Part shown: in pieces, positions 46,717 through 57,860 of the stretch | How positions within the stretch are numbered: position 1 is the stretch's first letter | Layout: each line of letters starts with the position of its first letter | Assembly: GCA_044440125.1 (NCBI GenBank) | Contig: JBITAJ010000017.1 | Span: forward strand, 1 to 64,000 | Origin: Sedimentisphaeraceae bacterium JB056 | GTDB taxonomy: Bacteria; Planctomycetota; Phycisphaerae; Sedimentisphaerales; Sedimentisphaeraceae | Direction: 5' to 3' | DNA length: 64,000 nt | The notes under the pieces: model-generated | The model's database searches: none | Told to the model about the DNA's origin: nothing | Seen by the model: only the letters and a program-made list of their open reading frames with translations | Program-made: the position numbers and the translations under genes

Positions 46717-48477
46717 ATGAGACTGTATACAAGATTATCATTGCTTTTTGTTTTAACTGTTTTCTTTCAGTGTGTTTGTACGGCTCAGTCTCAGCTTGCG
46801 AATGTTGAGGTTGAGAAGACAACCACTCGAATAGAAGCTGAAAAATTTTCTCAATGGCGTAAAGATGTTTCGCTGAACTTCTGCGTGATATCCGACCCAC
46901 ATGCTTATGAGCCTGTAAGGAAGGGATATGAGCAATTCGGGACTGCAAGAGAAAAATTCTCAATGGCCGTTGATCATATCAATAGTCTTGCTGAGCAGGA
47001 TAAGCCGGGTTTTGTTCTGGTTACCGGTGATGTCTATCTTGATAAGATTAAGGATATTGTTGATCAAAGCGGCTTGAAATTTTACTTTGTAGCCGGTAAT
47101 CATGAGAAGGTGGAAGATAAAAAGTTTCTTCGCGAGTCTTATCCTGAGTATTTTCAGGTTGCTGGCGATGAGTCGGATTACTATTCGTTTACTGCTGATG
47201 GCTGTCGTTTTATTGGTATATGCGATGCCGCCTATCCTGAGCATGTAGGTTCATTCAGTTCAGAGCAGATAATACCTTTCGGGCAAGCTCAATGGATTGA
47301 AAGTGAATTGAAAAAATCAGAAGAGATAAAAATTGTTTTTGGTCATATTCCTCCGCATCCCGATAGCGGTGATTCAAATATGTATATGTCAAGGAACGAC
47401 TCTGTTTTCTTTAACGAATTGGTGGAGATGACTTCGCCTTCTCTCATGTTCTTTGGGCATCAGCACCACCCTACACGGAAACTGACTACAGGGAACACTG
47501 AATGGTTCATTGTGCGGTCTCTTTCGTGGAATGCAGGTAATGCGGCGATTGGTTATCTTTCCGTTAAGCTTGATGGAAGCGGAGCCGAAATTGATGAGTA
47601 TACTTTTGTGTCCTCAGCACCAGTCAATAAAGAGCGGCCTCAATTCAGTTTTGGTATTGTAGCTGATATTCAGTATGCCGACAGGGCAGACGTACCTGCG
47701 ACTAACAGCTATTATCGCTCTTCACCGTCTAAGCTTTCCGCGATGGTTGAAGATTTCAATGGTCAGGATCTGGCTTTTGCAATTCAGCTTGGAGATATAA
47801 TAGATTCTGTGTATAAAAGTTATGAGACAATATATCCTATATGGCAGCAGGTTGCCGCTAAAAAATATAATGTTGTTGGCAATCATGATTTTGTGCCTGA
47901 CGAGGTCGCTGCTCAGGATATTTATAAGAAACTTGGCATCGCTCCAAAAGGCTACTACGATTTTTCTTATGGAAATATAAGGTTTGTCGTGCTTAACACG
48001 AGTGATGTAAGTTTGTATGCCAACAAACCCGGCACAGAGAAATATATTGCGGCAGACGAAATGTTGAAAAGGCTTAAGTCAATAGGTGCCGATGGCGCAC
48101 ATTCATGGGGAGGGGCTGTTGGTGCAGAACAACTGATATGGCTCGAAACTGTTTTGGCAGATTCAAAAGATAAAAGACAAGAAACGATAATATTTACGCA
48201 TCATCCTCTGATTCCCCATGCGTTATGGAATTGGCGGGAAGTGTATGATGTTTTAGTTAAATATGATAATGTTGCTGCGTGCATCGCGGGTCATATTCAT
48301 GAAGGTTATTACAGGCAAAGTGATGGGATTGAATTTATAACTGTGCAGGGCATGGTTGCCAATCCGGAAGAAAATTCCTATGCGATAGCGGATGTTTATG
48401 AAGACAGAATAGAGATAAGAGGTTTTGGACGAGAGTCTGATTTCAGTATCAGCCTTTTAGAGAAAGTAGAAAAGTAA
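46717..48477 (+). CDS. Secreted tandem calcineurin-like metallophosphoesterase (two domains)
   Basis: DPH/GD/GNHE/GH set, then DIQY/LGD/GNHD/HHP/GHIH set. Confidence 0.88.
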   Translation: MRLYTRLSLLFVLTVFFQCVCTAQSQLANVEVEKTTTRIEAEKFSQWRKDVSLNFCVISDPHAYEPVRKGYEQFGTAREKFSMAVDHINSLAEQDKPGFVLVTGDVYLDKIKDIVDQSGLKFYFVAGNHEKVEDKKFLRESYPEYFQVAGDESDYYSFTADGCRFIGICDAAYPEHVGSFSSEQIIPFGQAQWIESELKKSEEIKIVFGHIPPHPDSGDSNMYMSRNDSVFFNELVEMTSPSLMFFGHQHHPTRKLTTGNTEWFIVRSLSWNAGNAAIGYLSVKLDGSGAEIDEYTFVSSAPVNKERPQFSFGIVADIQYADRADVPATNSYYRSSPSKLSAMVEDFNGQDLAFAIQLGDIIDSVYKSYETIYPIWQQVAAKKYNVVGNHDFVPDEVAAQDIYKKLGIAPKGYYDFSYGNIRFVVLNTSDVSLYANKPGTEKYIAADEMLKRLKSIGADGAHSWGGAVGAEQLIWLETVLADSKDKRQETIIFTHHPLIPHALWNWREVYDVLVKYDNVAACIAGHIHEGYYRQSDGIEFITVQGMVANPEENSYAIADVYEDRIEIRGFGRESDFSISLLEKVEK

Positions 48478-48484
48478 AGGTTTT

Positions 48485-49978
48485 ATGATGGAACGAATAA
48501 GTATAACAAGAAGAAATTTCATGGCCGGCCTGATTGCGGCAGGTTCTACTGCCGGAGTTGGGACTCTCAGCGGCTGTTTTAACTCAGCTCAAAATACACA
48601 AAAAGAGACAAGGCCGAATTTTGTTTTCATAATGACTGATGACCAGAAATGGGATGCGGTTGGTTTTGAGAACGAATACCCTTTCTTGAAGACTCCAAAG
48701 ACGGATATGCTTGCAAGAGAAGGTGTGGTTTTCAAGAATGCTTTTGTTACTAATTCTCTTTGTTCCCCTTCGAGAGCAACCTGTCTTACCGGGATGTATT
48801 CCCATCAGAATGGAGTACCTGTTAATGAAGTTGCCGATCACAGGCTTGATGTGCCTTCACTGCAGAGGACTTTGCGTCAGGAAGGTTATGAGGTTGCCTT
48901 TATTGGTAAATGGCATCAGCTTCTGCATGCCAATCCGCGACCTGATTTTGACTACTGGCTAAGCTTCAGGGGACAAGGGCAGTATTTTGATCCTGAGCTT
49001 AATGAAAACGGCAAGGAGATGAAAGTTGAGGGTTATATAACCGACATACTTACCGATTATACAGAAAAGTGGCTGACGGAAAAAAGAGACAAGACGAAAC
49101 CTTTCTGCCTGTTCCTCTGGCACAAGGCGGTTCATGGTCCGTTTAAGCCTGCTCCGGAAGATGAGAATCTTTATGCTGATGATTTGATCCCTGAGCCTAA
49201 AAATTATAATGATGATTACTCAGACAAGGGGAGCTGGCTGAGGCGTGCGGCTAAGTATGGCGTGCACAGAGATGCTTTCTATAACAGTGAAGGGAAGCCG
49301 ATTCCTGATTCAACTCCTCCGGCAAGAAAGTGGACCGGCAAAGAGGAGGCATGGATGAATTATCTCAAAGCAGTTTCTGCTGTTGACAGGAGCATTGGAA
49401 GGGTTTACGACAGGCTCAAAAATCTTGGTATGCTTGATGATACATTTATGATGTTCACCAGCGATAACGGTTATTTGCTTGGTAATCATCATAGTGTTTC
49501 CGATAAGAGGATAATGTGGGAAGAATCTATAAAAGTGCCGCTGATTGTTCGCTATCCGAAGCTTGTAAAGGCGGGAAGTGTTATTGATAAAATGGTACTT
49601 AATGTAGATTTTGCACCAACATTCATTGATCTTGCAGGCGGTGAAATTCCAGACACAATGCAGGGGCGATCTTTTGTACAGCTGCTTAAAGGTAAAACAG
49701 ATGATTGGCGAAAAGACTTCCTTTATGAATATTTCAGAGAAGGGTATGCTCCAGGAATACCGACTGTAGTTGGGATACGTACTGACAGGTACAAGCTTGT
49801 AGATTATCCAGAGCTTGAAAATAATAATGAAATGTACGATCTTCAAACCGATCCGCTTGAGATGACCAATCTTTATAACGATGAAAAATACTCATCGTTG
49901 AAGGCAAGGCTTGAGAAACGTCTTGAAGAATTGAAACTTGAATATAATTATACGGTGCCTGACTATCCTTTCGAATAG
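48485..49978 (+). CDS. Sulfatase, Tat-exported (possibly a lipoprotein)
   Basis: TRRNF..LSGC; PNFVFIMTDDQ, CSPSRAT.LTG, GKWH, SDNG. Confidence 0.93.
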   Translation: MMERISITRRNFMAGLIAAGSTAGVGTLSGCFNSAQNTQKETRPNFVFIMTDDQKWDAVGFENEYPFLKTPKTDMLAREGVVFKNAFVTNSLCSPSRATCLTGMYSHQNGVPVNEVADHRLDVPSLQRTLRQEGYEVAFIGKWHQLLHANPRPDFDYWLSFRGQGQYFDPELNENGKEMKVEGYITDILTDYTEKWLTEKRDKTKPFCLFLWHKAVHGPFKPAPEDENLYADDLIPEPKNYNDDYSDKGSWLRRAAKYGVHRDAFYNSEGKPIPDSTPPARKWTGKEEAWMNYLKAVSAVDRSIGRVYDRLKNLGMLDDTFMMFTSDNGYLLGNHHSVSDKRIMWEESIKVPLIVRYPKLVKAGSVIDKMVLNVDFAPTFIDLAGGEIPDTMQGRSFVQLLKGKTDDWRKDFLYEYFREGYAPGIPTVVGIRTDRYKLVDYPELENNNEMYDLQTDPLEMTNLYNDEKYSSLKARLEKRLEELKLEYNYTVPDYPFE

Positions 49979-49987
49979 GAATCTGTT

Positions 49988-51511
49988 ATGAGTATAAAAA
50001 GAATAGCTCTTATAGCGGCAGTACTTTTTGCTGCTTCGACATTTGCCTTTGGTAAACTTACGCTGCCATCTTTGTTCGGCGACAATACGGTGCTGCAAAG
50101 AGATGCGTTTGTAAAGATATGGGGAGGCTCTGAGCCTGGTCGTGAGATTTTGATCAAGGCTCAGTGGCAGTCTGAAACAATCAAAACTGTATGCGGCGAT
50201 GACGGCAGTTGGATGGTACTGGTAGAAACGCCATCTGATAAAGGTCCATATGATATAAGCATCAGTGATGGTGCTGATAGCCTGACGCTTAATAATGTTC
50301 TTGTCGGCGAAGTGTGGCTTTGTTCAGGGCAGTCTAATATGGCTTTCGGGCTGCGAAGCTGCGATACTGCGGAAACGGATATACCAAAAGCAGATTATTC
50401 TGAGATACGTTTCTTTGGTGTTAAGAGAAAGCTTGCCGATGTGCCGCAGCAGGATTGTGAGGGCAACTGGCTTGTGTGCAAACCTGATGTTGCCGCATGG
50501 TATAGCGGGGTTGCTTATTATTTTGCACGTAAAGTTCATCTTGAAGAAGATGTGCCAATTGGTATAATACAGGCGGCTGTCGGAGGAACGCCTGCGGATT
50601 CATGGATAAGCCGTGATGTTTTGCTCTCAGATCCGCAGACTGTCTGTTCTGTAGAGCGTTACGATTCTTTGATGAAGAGCTATGATACTCGTTATAAGGA
50701 TTATCAGGATAAACTTTCCAAGTGGGAGGAACTTAAAGATAATCCGCAGCCTAAGCCGCGAGTTCCGATGGGGCCTGAACATTTTCAACGACCTTACGCA
50801 TTATGGAATGGAATGATAAATCCGCTTCTCAATTATCGTATTGCAGGCGTATTGTGGTATCAAGGTGAGGGTAACAGTTGGAGAGCCGATCAGTATAGAA
50901 AAATGTTTCCGATGCTGATAGAGAGTTGGAGAGAGAGTTTTAAGCAGGGTGATTTTCCGTTCTATTATGTACAGATAGCTCCTTATGATTACGGCACGCC
51001 TTTGATTGCTGCCGAGCTTAGAGAGGCTCAGCAGGAAACTCTTGGTCTTGCAAATACGGCTATGGTTTGTACTATGGATATCGGCGACAATAAGGATATA
51101 CATCCTAAAAATAAGAAAGATGTAGGTGAAAGACTGGCAACTATAGCTTTGAATAGAGTTTATCATGTGATGAATAGAAATGACAGTGGTCCTATGTATG
51201 CAGGAAAAGATATCGAAGATGACAGCATAAGGATATACTTTGATAATGCCGATAGTGGATTGTTATTGAATGAGCCTGCTGAATATTTTGAAATAGCAGG
51301 ATATGATGGTGTTTATTACAAGGCAGTAGGTGAGGTTGACGGCAATACTTTGATCTTAAGAAGTGATGAGGTTGATAATCCTGTTAATGTTCGTTATGGT
51401 TGGAGCAATACTGCCGGAGCGGATTTGTTTAATAAGGATGGATTGCCGGCTTATCCTTTCAGAACGAATAATGCAGTGTGGGTAACTAAGGATAAGCTTA
51501 CGTACTTTTGA
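49988..51511 (+). CDS. Sialate O-acetylesterase (SASA/SGNH family)
   Basis: GEVWLCSGQSNM, GGT, WYQGEGN, DIHPKNK, VRYGW. Confidence 0.9.
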   Translation: MSIKRIALIAAVLFAASTFAFGKLTLPSLFGDNTVLQRDAFVKIWGGSEPGREILIKAQWQSETIKTVCGDDGSWMVLVETPSDKGPYDISISDGADSLTLNNVLVGEVWLCSGQSNMAFGLRSCDTAETDIPKADYSEIRFFGVKRKLADVPQQDCEGNWLVCKPDVAAWYSGVAYYFARKVHLEEDVPIGIIQAAVGGTPADSWISRDVLLSDPQTVCSVERYDSLMKSYDTRYKDYQDKLSKWEELKDNPQPKPRVPMGPEHFQRPYALWNGMINPLLNYRIAGVLWYQGEGNSWRADQYRKMFPMLIESWRESFKQGDFPFYYVQIAPYDYGTPLIAAELREAQQETLGLANTAMVCTMDIGDNKDIHPKNKKDVGERLATIALNRVYHVMNRNDSGPMYAGKDIEDDSIRIYFDNADSGLLLNEPAEYFEIAGYDGVYYKAVGEVDGNTLILRSDEVDNPVNVRYGWSNTAGADLFNKDGLPAYPFRTNNAVWVTKDKLTYF

Positions 51512-51540
51512 TGGACTTCAATGAGATAGAGGTGACTGAT

Positions 51541-53907
51541 ATGAATTGGCAGGCAAAATGGATATGGGTTGATACCCGTGATGATATAGTTAATCAATAT
51601 GCAGATTTCAGGAAGGTGTTCAGCGTTTCTGAAAAGGGACGTGTAGTTCTGTATGTTTCTGCCGATTCTTCGTATCAGATATGGATAAATGGTGATTTGC
51701 TGGAAGGCAACCAGTTTAGTGACTGGCCCCAATTCAAGACTTATAACGAATTTGATATAACGGATTATGTCTGTGCCGGTGAAAATGTGTTTGCTGTAAA
51801 GGTACATCATATTGGTGTAGATTTTTCTACATATGCAAAGGGGCATCCGGGGCTTATATTTGAGATAAGAGACGGTGAGAATACTGTTGCCGCTTCTGAT
51901 GATGCTTGTATGTGCAGATATTGTAATGCATTCGGCAGTGGACACACAAGTGTGGTCAGTCCTCAGCTTGGTTATAATTTCAAATACGATGCAAGGCTTG
52001 ACGATCTTTGGTATGATAAAGAGTATGATGCAAAGGGTTGGTCCAAGGCCGTTGTTATTGCCGAAGCGAATTCAGGTTATTGGAAACAGCTTTCGAAAAG
52101 ACCTCTTGAGATGCTTGCTCATAAGGAGCCTTTAGATGCTGAGGTTGTATCTTCCGGTCAGCTTATACGTTCAACTGAACTTTCCGATATAGGTCAGACC
52201 ATGATGAAGGATTTTCTTTCGCCTGATATTTGCAGAAGGGATAGTGATGGAGAGATACAGAATTTTATACGTCACCGTCCTGTCTTGTCTGGAGAATCTG
52301 ATAAGCCTCTTGTCTTTGAAACTCAGGATCAAGGCAAAGGTGTTTACGCTATATTCGATCTTGGAGCGGAGAATTGCGGTTTGCTTTTTGTTGATATTGA
52401 AGCGCCGCAGGGGTGTATTCTTGACATCGCTCATGGTGAGCATCTTGACGATCTAAGAGTGCGGGCATCTATTGATGAGAGAACTTTTGCAGATCGTTAT
52501 ATCTGTAAAGAAGGACGGCAGAGGTGGGTTTATTCTTTCAGGCGTTTAGGATGCAGATATCTTGAGTTGCATGTTCCGGAATTAAATGGACAGCTGAAGA
52601 TAAACCACTTCACAGTGATTCCTGTCGAATATCCGTTTGCAGGTGAGGGTTGTTTTTACTGTCCTGATGAAAAGTTCAACCGGATATGGGAGCTCTCAAA
52701 GCGTACTCTGGAGCTGTGTGCACATGAACATTATGAAGATTGCCCCTGGCGTGAGCAGGCTCTTTATGCAGCAGATTCCCGTTTACAGGCATTGTTCGGT
52801 TACTACGCATTTGGCGAGTATGATATGCCGGCTTCATGTTGGGATCTTATACGCAAGGGCTATAGAACTGATGGCCTGCTTGAATTGGTTTCTCCGGGTA
52901 AGGTTGATATCTCTATTCCCGGTTTTTCCTTACAGTGGATAATTGCCGTCTACGAATGTTTTATGTATAGCGGCAGAAAAGAAGTTGTCTCTGATAACTA
53001 TGATGTGATTTGCGATATCATCAATTATTCTATCGACAGATTGAGTGATTGCGGCATTGTCGCCAATTCCACTTCACCGGAACATTGGAATTTTTATGAA
53101 TGGACTCCGGGTTTCGAGGGAATAGAAGAAGGTTCTTATTCAGGTCAGAATGGTCGGCTTGATGCCGCATATAATTTGTATCTGCTTGAAGCGATAAGAA
53201 ATGCTGTTGAGATAGGCAGGGCTATTGGCGCTAATTCCATAGAAAAGTTTGAAGCGGCATATGACAGGATAAGTTCTTCTTTCAATGATGTTTTCTGGGA
53301 TCAGAGTAAGGGACTTTATGCATCATTTAATGATAACGGGCAGCTTAGTCATTATTCTCAGCTTGTCCAGGCACTTGCTATAAGAGAGGCCGTTGTGCCG
53401 CCAGGATATACGATGGAACTTTGCGAAGCGATAAAGAATGATTCGAGGCTTACGAAGTCTGAGATGTCGAGCAAGTTTATTGTCTATGAATCCCTTATTG
53501 AGGCATCCGATGAGAATATTAATTATGTGCTTGATGATATCAGAGATGTTTTTGGCAGTATGATTGATGAGGGAGCGACGAGCCTTTGGGAAACAGCCCA
53601 GGGTGCGGCAGCGTTTGAAGGTGCCGGCAGTTTATGTCATGGGTGGTCGTCGGTTTTCAATTATATTGCCGGCGCGTATTTGGTCGGAATAAAGCCTGCA
53701 AAACCTGGATTTAAGGAATTCAAGGTGAAACCTCTGATGAATAATCTTAATAATATAAACGGTTTGGTTAAGACTATTTATGGGGATATAGAATTGTCTT
53801 ATACGAAAACTGATAAAGAGGTTATTTTCAAGCTGACGCATCCTAAAGGGCTTAAACCGGTATTGGAGTTACCCTCAAACGCAAAACTCAATGTTATTGA
53901 ATATTAA
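51541..53907 (+). CDS. GH78 alpha-L-rhamnosidase-like protein
   Basis: AKWIW, DCPWREQALY, GATSLWE, SLCHGWS, GIKP..PGF..F.VKP; RBS gaggtg. Confidence 0.85.
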   Translation: MNWQAKWIWVDTRDDIVNQYADFRKVFSVSEKGRVVLYVSADSSYQIWINGDLLEGNQFSDWPQFKTYNEFDITDYVCAGENVFAVKVHHIGVDFSTYAKGHPGLIFEIRDGENTVAASDDACMCRYCNAFGSGHTSVVSPQLGYNFKYDARLDDLWYDKEYDAKGWSKAVVIAEANSGYWKQLSKRPLEMLAHKEPLDAEVVSSGQLIRSTELSDIGQTMMKDFLSPDICRRDSDGEIQNFIRHRPVLSGESDKPLVFETQDQGKGVYAIFDLGAENCGLLFVDIEAPQGCILDIAHGEHLDDLRVRASIDERTFADRYICKEGRQRWVYSFRRLGCRYLELHVPELNGQLKINHFTVIPVEYPFAGEGCFYCPDEKFNRIWELSKRTLELCAHEHYEDCPWREQALYAADSRLQALFGYYAFGEYDMPASCWDLIRKGYRTDGLLELVSPGKVDISIPGFSLQWIIAVYECFMYSGRKEVVSDNYDVICDIINYSIDRLSDCGIVANSTSPEHWNFYEWTPGFEGIEEGSYSGQNGRLDAAYNLYLLEAIRNAVEIGRAIGANSIEKFEAAYDRISSSFNDVFWDQSKGLYASFNDNGQLSHYSQLVQALAIREAVVPPGYTMELCEAIKNDSRLTKSEMSSKFIVYESLIEASDENINYVLDDIRDVFGSMIDEGATSLWETAQGAAAFEGAGSLCHGWSSVFNYIAGAYLVGIKPAKPGFKEFKVKPLMNNLNNINGLVKTIYGDIELSYTKTDKEVIFKLTHPKGLKPVLELPSNAKLNVIEY

Positions 53908-53934
53908 ACCCCCGTAGATTAAATTGTTGTTATG

Positions 53935-53969
53935 AGCATAGTCGTATTAATATGACTATGCTTTTTTTT
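53935..53969 (+). terminator. Intrinsic terminator
   Basis: agcatagtcgta-tta-atatgactatgct followed by a T tract. Confidence 0.85.
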
Positions 53970-54090
53970 ATTTCTTATGTTCGTAAAATGATTGTATTTA
54001 TTCATAAAATGGACGGGTAAATATTGTTTTGGGGTATATAATACACTTACTAACTATGATTACTTGAAACATTTTTGTTAATAAGGATTG

Positions 54091-55080
54091 ATGAACTTAA
54101 TGTGTAGTCCAAAGATACCAATAATTGTAGATACTGATATCGGTGGTGATATTGATGATGCCTGGGCATTGGCATTTCTTCTCAACAGCCCTGAGTTTGA
54201 CATCAAGCTGATAGTTACTGCCGTAGGTGATACCCTTTCCAGAGCCAAGATAGTTGCTAAAATGCTTGAAGCCGCCGGACGAACTGATATTCCTATCGCT
54301 ATCGGTCTTCCTGAGGTAAACATGAACTGTTATTGTGATTCATGGGCAGCAGATTACAATCTTGCCGATTATCCCGGCATAATATACCAGAGCAGCGAGG
54401 TGGCAAAGGCGATAGTTGATACTGTAAACGCTTCTGATGAAGAAATTACCGTGCTTGCTCTTGCACCTGTTACCAATCTTGCAGCGGCTCTTGATTTAGA
54501 CGCGAGTATTACTTCTAAGTCGCGTTTTGTCGGTATGTTAGGCAGCGTTTATAAAGGTTATGACGGAGCAAGTGATGTATCTAAAGAATGCAATATCGTG
54601 AATAATATCACTGCGGCTAAGAAGGTCTTTACATCCGATTGGGATATGACGATAACCCCGCTTGATACTTGCGGGCTTGTAAAGCTTAGAGGTGATAACT
54701 ACAAGGTGGTTCGCGATAATGATACTCCACTGATTAAGGCTCTTATAGAAAATTACGATGTGTGGCTTAAAAGACCGGGATACCCGACTCATCCGTATGC
54801 ACCACTGAGTGATATCGACTTTATAAGCTCTACACTTTTTGATACCGTTGCGGTTTATCTCGCAATGAGCGAGGAGTTTCTGGATATGGAAACTTTGCCG
54901 ATAGAGATTTCTGATGATGGTTTTACCATTGTCAAAGAGGGCGGAAAAATGGTAAGATGTGCTGTGGGGTGGAAAGATATGCCTCTTTTTGAGGACTTCC
55001 TTACCCAGCGTCTTGTAAATTCAAAACAAATTGAAGAAGATGCCGTGAATTATAATTCCACTGTAGCAGTTAAGTTATAA
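54091..55080 (+). CDS. Nucleoside hydrolase (IU-NH family)
   Basis: DTDIGGDIDDAWAL, LAPVTNLA, ECNI, PLD, LFDTVAV. Confidence 0.88.
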   Translation: MNLMCSPKIPIIVDTDIGGDIDDAWALAFLLNSPEFDIKLIVTAVGDTLSRAKIVAKMLEAAGRTDIPIAIGLPEVNMNCYCDSWAADYNLADYPGIIYQSSEVAKAIVDTVNASDEEITVLALAPVTNLAAALDLDASITSKSRFVGMLGSVYKGYDGASDVSKECNIVNNITAAKKVFTSDWDMTITPLDTCGLVKLRGDNYKVVRDNDTPLIKALIENYDVWLKRPGYPTHPYAPLSDIDFISSTLFDTVAVYLAMSEEFLDMETLPIEISDDGFTIVKEGGKMVRCAVGWKDMPLFEDFLTQRLVNSKQIEEDAVNYNSTVAVKL

Positions 55081-55095
55081 AGGTTTTTGAGGAAA

Positions 55096-56232
55096 ATGAA
55101 GATTCTATCGTATATGTTAATGTGTATATTCGTTTTGTCGTATTGTTCTCAGGCAGCAGAAAGCGGCTTGGCTGATTGCAATAAAGTGGATAGAGATATC
55201 GAAAATCGAATAGCATATCAAGAAGAAGGCAAGTTTTGCGGCTGGCCGGCTAATGAAGGCGTTTGGAACTGGGGCAACGAGATACTGGTAGGTTTTGAGA
55301 TATCCAGTTTTGTTAAAAATGCGAAAGGTCACAGCATTGACCGCAATAGTCCCAAATATATCTATTTTGCACGCAGTCTTGATGGTGGTGAAAGCTGGAA
55401 AGTGGAAAAACCAAAAGAAATATTGCCGCCTCTTTATATGGAAGACCCTGAAATGTTCAAGTTCGGGGAAAATAAGAACAGCTATCTCAAAGAGCCAATG
55501 AATTTTGCTAATCCCGGATTTGCCATGAAACTCAGGGCAAATCGATTCTACTACTCTTATGATAAGGGTAAGTCGTGGAAGGGACCGTACTTACTGCCTG
55601 ATTTTGGACAAAAGCTCATAATGGCAAGGACTGACTATGTAGTGTTGGGACCCAAAAAGTGCATCGCATTTATATCTTCATCGCAAACAGACGGCCATTA
55701 TGGCGAGAGTTTCGGAATACTCACTGAAGACGGCGGCCTGAGTTGGGAAAAGAAGGCTCTTGTTGATACGGAATTTCCGCCTAAAGAGTATAAGAAGTGG
55801 GCGTATTCAATTATGCCTTCAACAGTTATGCTTGATAATGGAGATTTGGTGACTACACTTCGCCAGAGAGGTGATAGAGGAATATGGATAGATGCTTTCG
55901 TGTCGAAGGATAAGGGTAATTCGTGGAGCAAGCTTGGCAAAGTATGCGAAAGGGCAAAGAACCCTCCATCACTTGTGAAGCTTGAAGATGGAAGGCTGTG
56001 TATTGTTTATTGCTATCGCGTGGATAAGCCTTACGGTTTGCGGGCAAAGATAAGTGAAGACAACGGCAAAAGCTGGGGTGATGAAATAATATTACGTGAT
56101 GATGCCAAAAGTTGGGATATCGGTTATGTAAGGTCTGTGCAGCGGCCTGACGGCAAGGTGGTAAGTATGTACTATTATCATACACAGGGAAATCCCGAAC
56201 AGCATATTGCTGTAACTATTTGGCAACCTTGA
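55096..56232 (+). CDS. Secreted BNR/Asp-box (sialidase-like beta-propeller) protein
   Basis: Asp boxes SLDGGESW, SYDKGKSW, TEDGGLSW, SKDKGNSW, SEDNGKSW. Confidence 0.85.
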   Translation: MKILSYMLMCIFVLSYCSQAAESGLADCNKVDRDIENRIAYQEEGKFCGWPANEGVWNWGNEILVGFEISSFVKNAKGHSIDRNSPKYIYFARSLDGGESWKVEKPKEILPPLYMEDPEMFKFGENKNSYLKEPMNFANPGFAMKLRANRFYYSYDKGKSWKGPYLLPDFGQKLIMARTDYVVLGPKKCIAFISSSQTDGHYGESFGILTEDGGLSWEKKALVDTEFPPKEYKKWAYSIMPSTVMLDNGDLVTTLRQRGDRGIWIDAFVSKDKGNSWSKLGKVCERAKNPPSLVKLEDGRLCIVYCYRVDKPYGLRAKISEDNGKSWGDEIILRDDAKSWDIGYVRSVQRPDGKVVSMYYYHTQGNPEQHIAVTIWQP

Positions 56233-56253
56233 TCTTGATTTTTAGGAGTATAT

Positions 56254-57858
56254 ATGGATCGCAGAATGTTTTTGAAAAATTTCGTAGGCAGCTCAATTTT
56301 GGCTTCTTCAATGCTTAGAAGCTCAATAGCGGCAGAACATAAAACTGGTGCGAAAAATTCACGTCCCAACCTGTTGTTTGTGATGGCTGATCAGTTCAGA
56401 AATCATGCTCTTGGGTTCTTGGGCAAAGATCCTGTAATCACTCCTAATTTTGATAAATTTGCAAAAGAAGGTCAGTATCTTACGAATGCTATCAGCAGCT
56501 ATCCTGTCTGTTCTCCTTTTAGGGCGATGATGATGACGGGAAGATATCCTTTCTCTACAGGCATGACTTTCAATTGTCTTGAAGGTTTGGAGATGGGACT
56601 TAACCGTGGTGAAGTTTGTATCGGTGATGCGTTGAAGGATGCCGGTTACAATACCGGTTACATAGGTAAATGGCATCTTGATACGCCGTCAAAAAATTAT
56701 TTCGATAACCCACCGGATGATCCGACTTCAGGTTCAGACGCATGGACTCCGCCGGGATTGAAAAGACATGGTTTTGATTTCTGGTATGCCTATAATACCG
56801 GTCGTGAACATTTTAATCAGAACTACTGGACGGGTGACAGTCCAAAAAAGATAGTCAAGGAAAAGACATGGTCGGTAGATCATGAAACCGATGTTGCGAT
56901 GAATTTTATTAACAAAAATTCTCGTGATGATGAAAAACCTTTTGCGCTATTTCTGTCGTGGAATCCTCCGCACCCTCCATATGTAGCACCAAGAGATAAG
57001 ATAGCTTTTTACGATGAAAACAAGATAGAATTTCGTCCGAATGTTAAAGAAGATAAAATAAAAAATCTCAACAAGATACAGAGAAATTATTTCAGTGCGG
57101 TCACTTCCTGTGATGAGAATTTCGGAAGACTTCTCGAATTGCTGGAGAGAAAAGGCCTCACGGAAAATACGTTGGTGATTTTCACAGCCGATCATGGTGA
57201 GCTTTTAGGTTCTCACGGACATATGGGTAAAGACCTTTGGTATGAGGAGTCTGCTAACATACCGTTCCTTCTTCGTATGCCCGGCAGGATCAAAAAAGGT
57301 GAAAACGATATGCTCTTTGGAGCTTTCGATATAATGCCGACACTTCTTGGTCTGCTTGATATTGATGTGCCTGAGGTTTGTCAGGGACAGGATATGTCGG
57401 CGATCATAAAAGGTGAAAAAACTGACGAGCGTAAATCTATACCTTTATTGACGTGTCCGGCTCCGGCTAATAAATATTGGGAGATGGGCAATCCAGTCAG
57501 ATGGGTTCGTCATGGCAGGTGTCTTGGTAATCGGGGGTACGACTGGACGCAGCTTGGATATCGCGGAGTGCGTACCAAAAGATACACTTACGTGGTAACT
57601 CGTTCGGCAATACCAAAAGACCCCGAAGGTTTCGAAGTTTGTAAGGGATATTACGTTGGCGATTTCTGTGAGCTTCCGCCTTATAAAGATGAAAGCAGCA
57701 TCAGTACGCAGAGAATCCTTTACGACAATCTCAATGATGAATATCAGATGAATCCTGTTATAAGCAAAAATGCTGATAATGAAATAATGAAAGAGCTTGA
57801 AAATGAACTTGCATTATGGCTTGAGGAAATGAAAGATCCTTTCTATTTCGTTTTATAA
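56254..57858 (+). CDS. Sulfatase, Tat-exported
   Basis: DRRMFLK; PNLLFVMADQ, CSPFRAMMMTG, GKWHL, PPHPP, ADHG. Confidence 0.93.
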   Translation: MDRRMFLKNFVGSSILASSMLRSSIAAEHKTGAKNSRPNLLFVMADQFRNHALGFLGKDPVITPNFDKFAKEGQYLTNAISSYPVCSPFRAMMMTGRYPFSTGMTFNCLEGLEMGLNRGEVCIGDALKDAGYNTGYIGKWHLDTPSKNYFDNPPDDPTSGSDAWTPPGLKRHGFDFWYAYNTGREHFNQNYWTGDSPKKIVKEKTWSVDHETDVAMNFINKNSRDDEKPFALFLSWNPPHPPYVAPRDKIAFYDENKIEFRPNVKEDKIKNLNKIQRNYFSAVTSCDENFGRLLELLERKGLTENTLVIFTADHGELLGSHGHMGKDLWYEESANIPFLLRMPGRIKKGENDMLFGAFDIMPTLLGLLDIDVPEVCQGQDMSAIIKGEKTDERKSIPLLTCPAPANKYWEMGNPVRWVRHGRCLGNRGYDWTQLGYRGVRTKRYTYVVTRSAIPKDPEGFEVCKGYYVGDFCELPPYKDESSISTQRILYDNLNDEYQMNPVISKNADNEIMKELENELALWLEEMKDPFYFVL

Positions 57859-57860
57859 TT

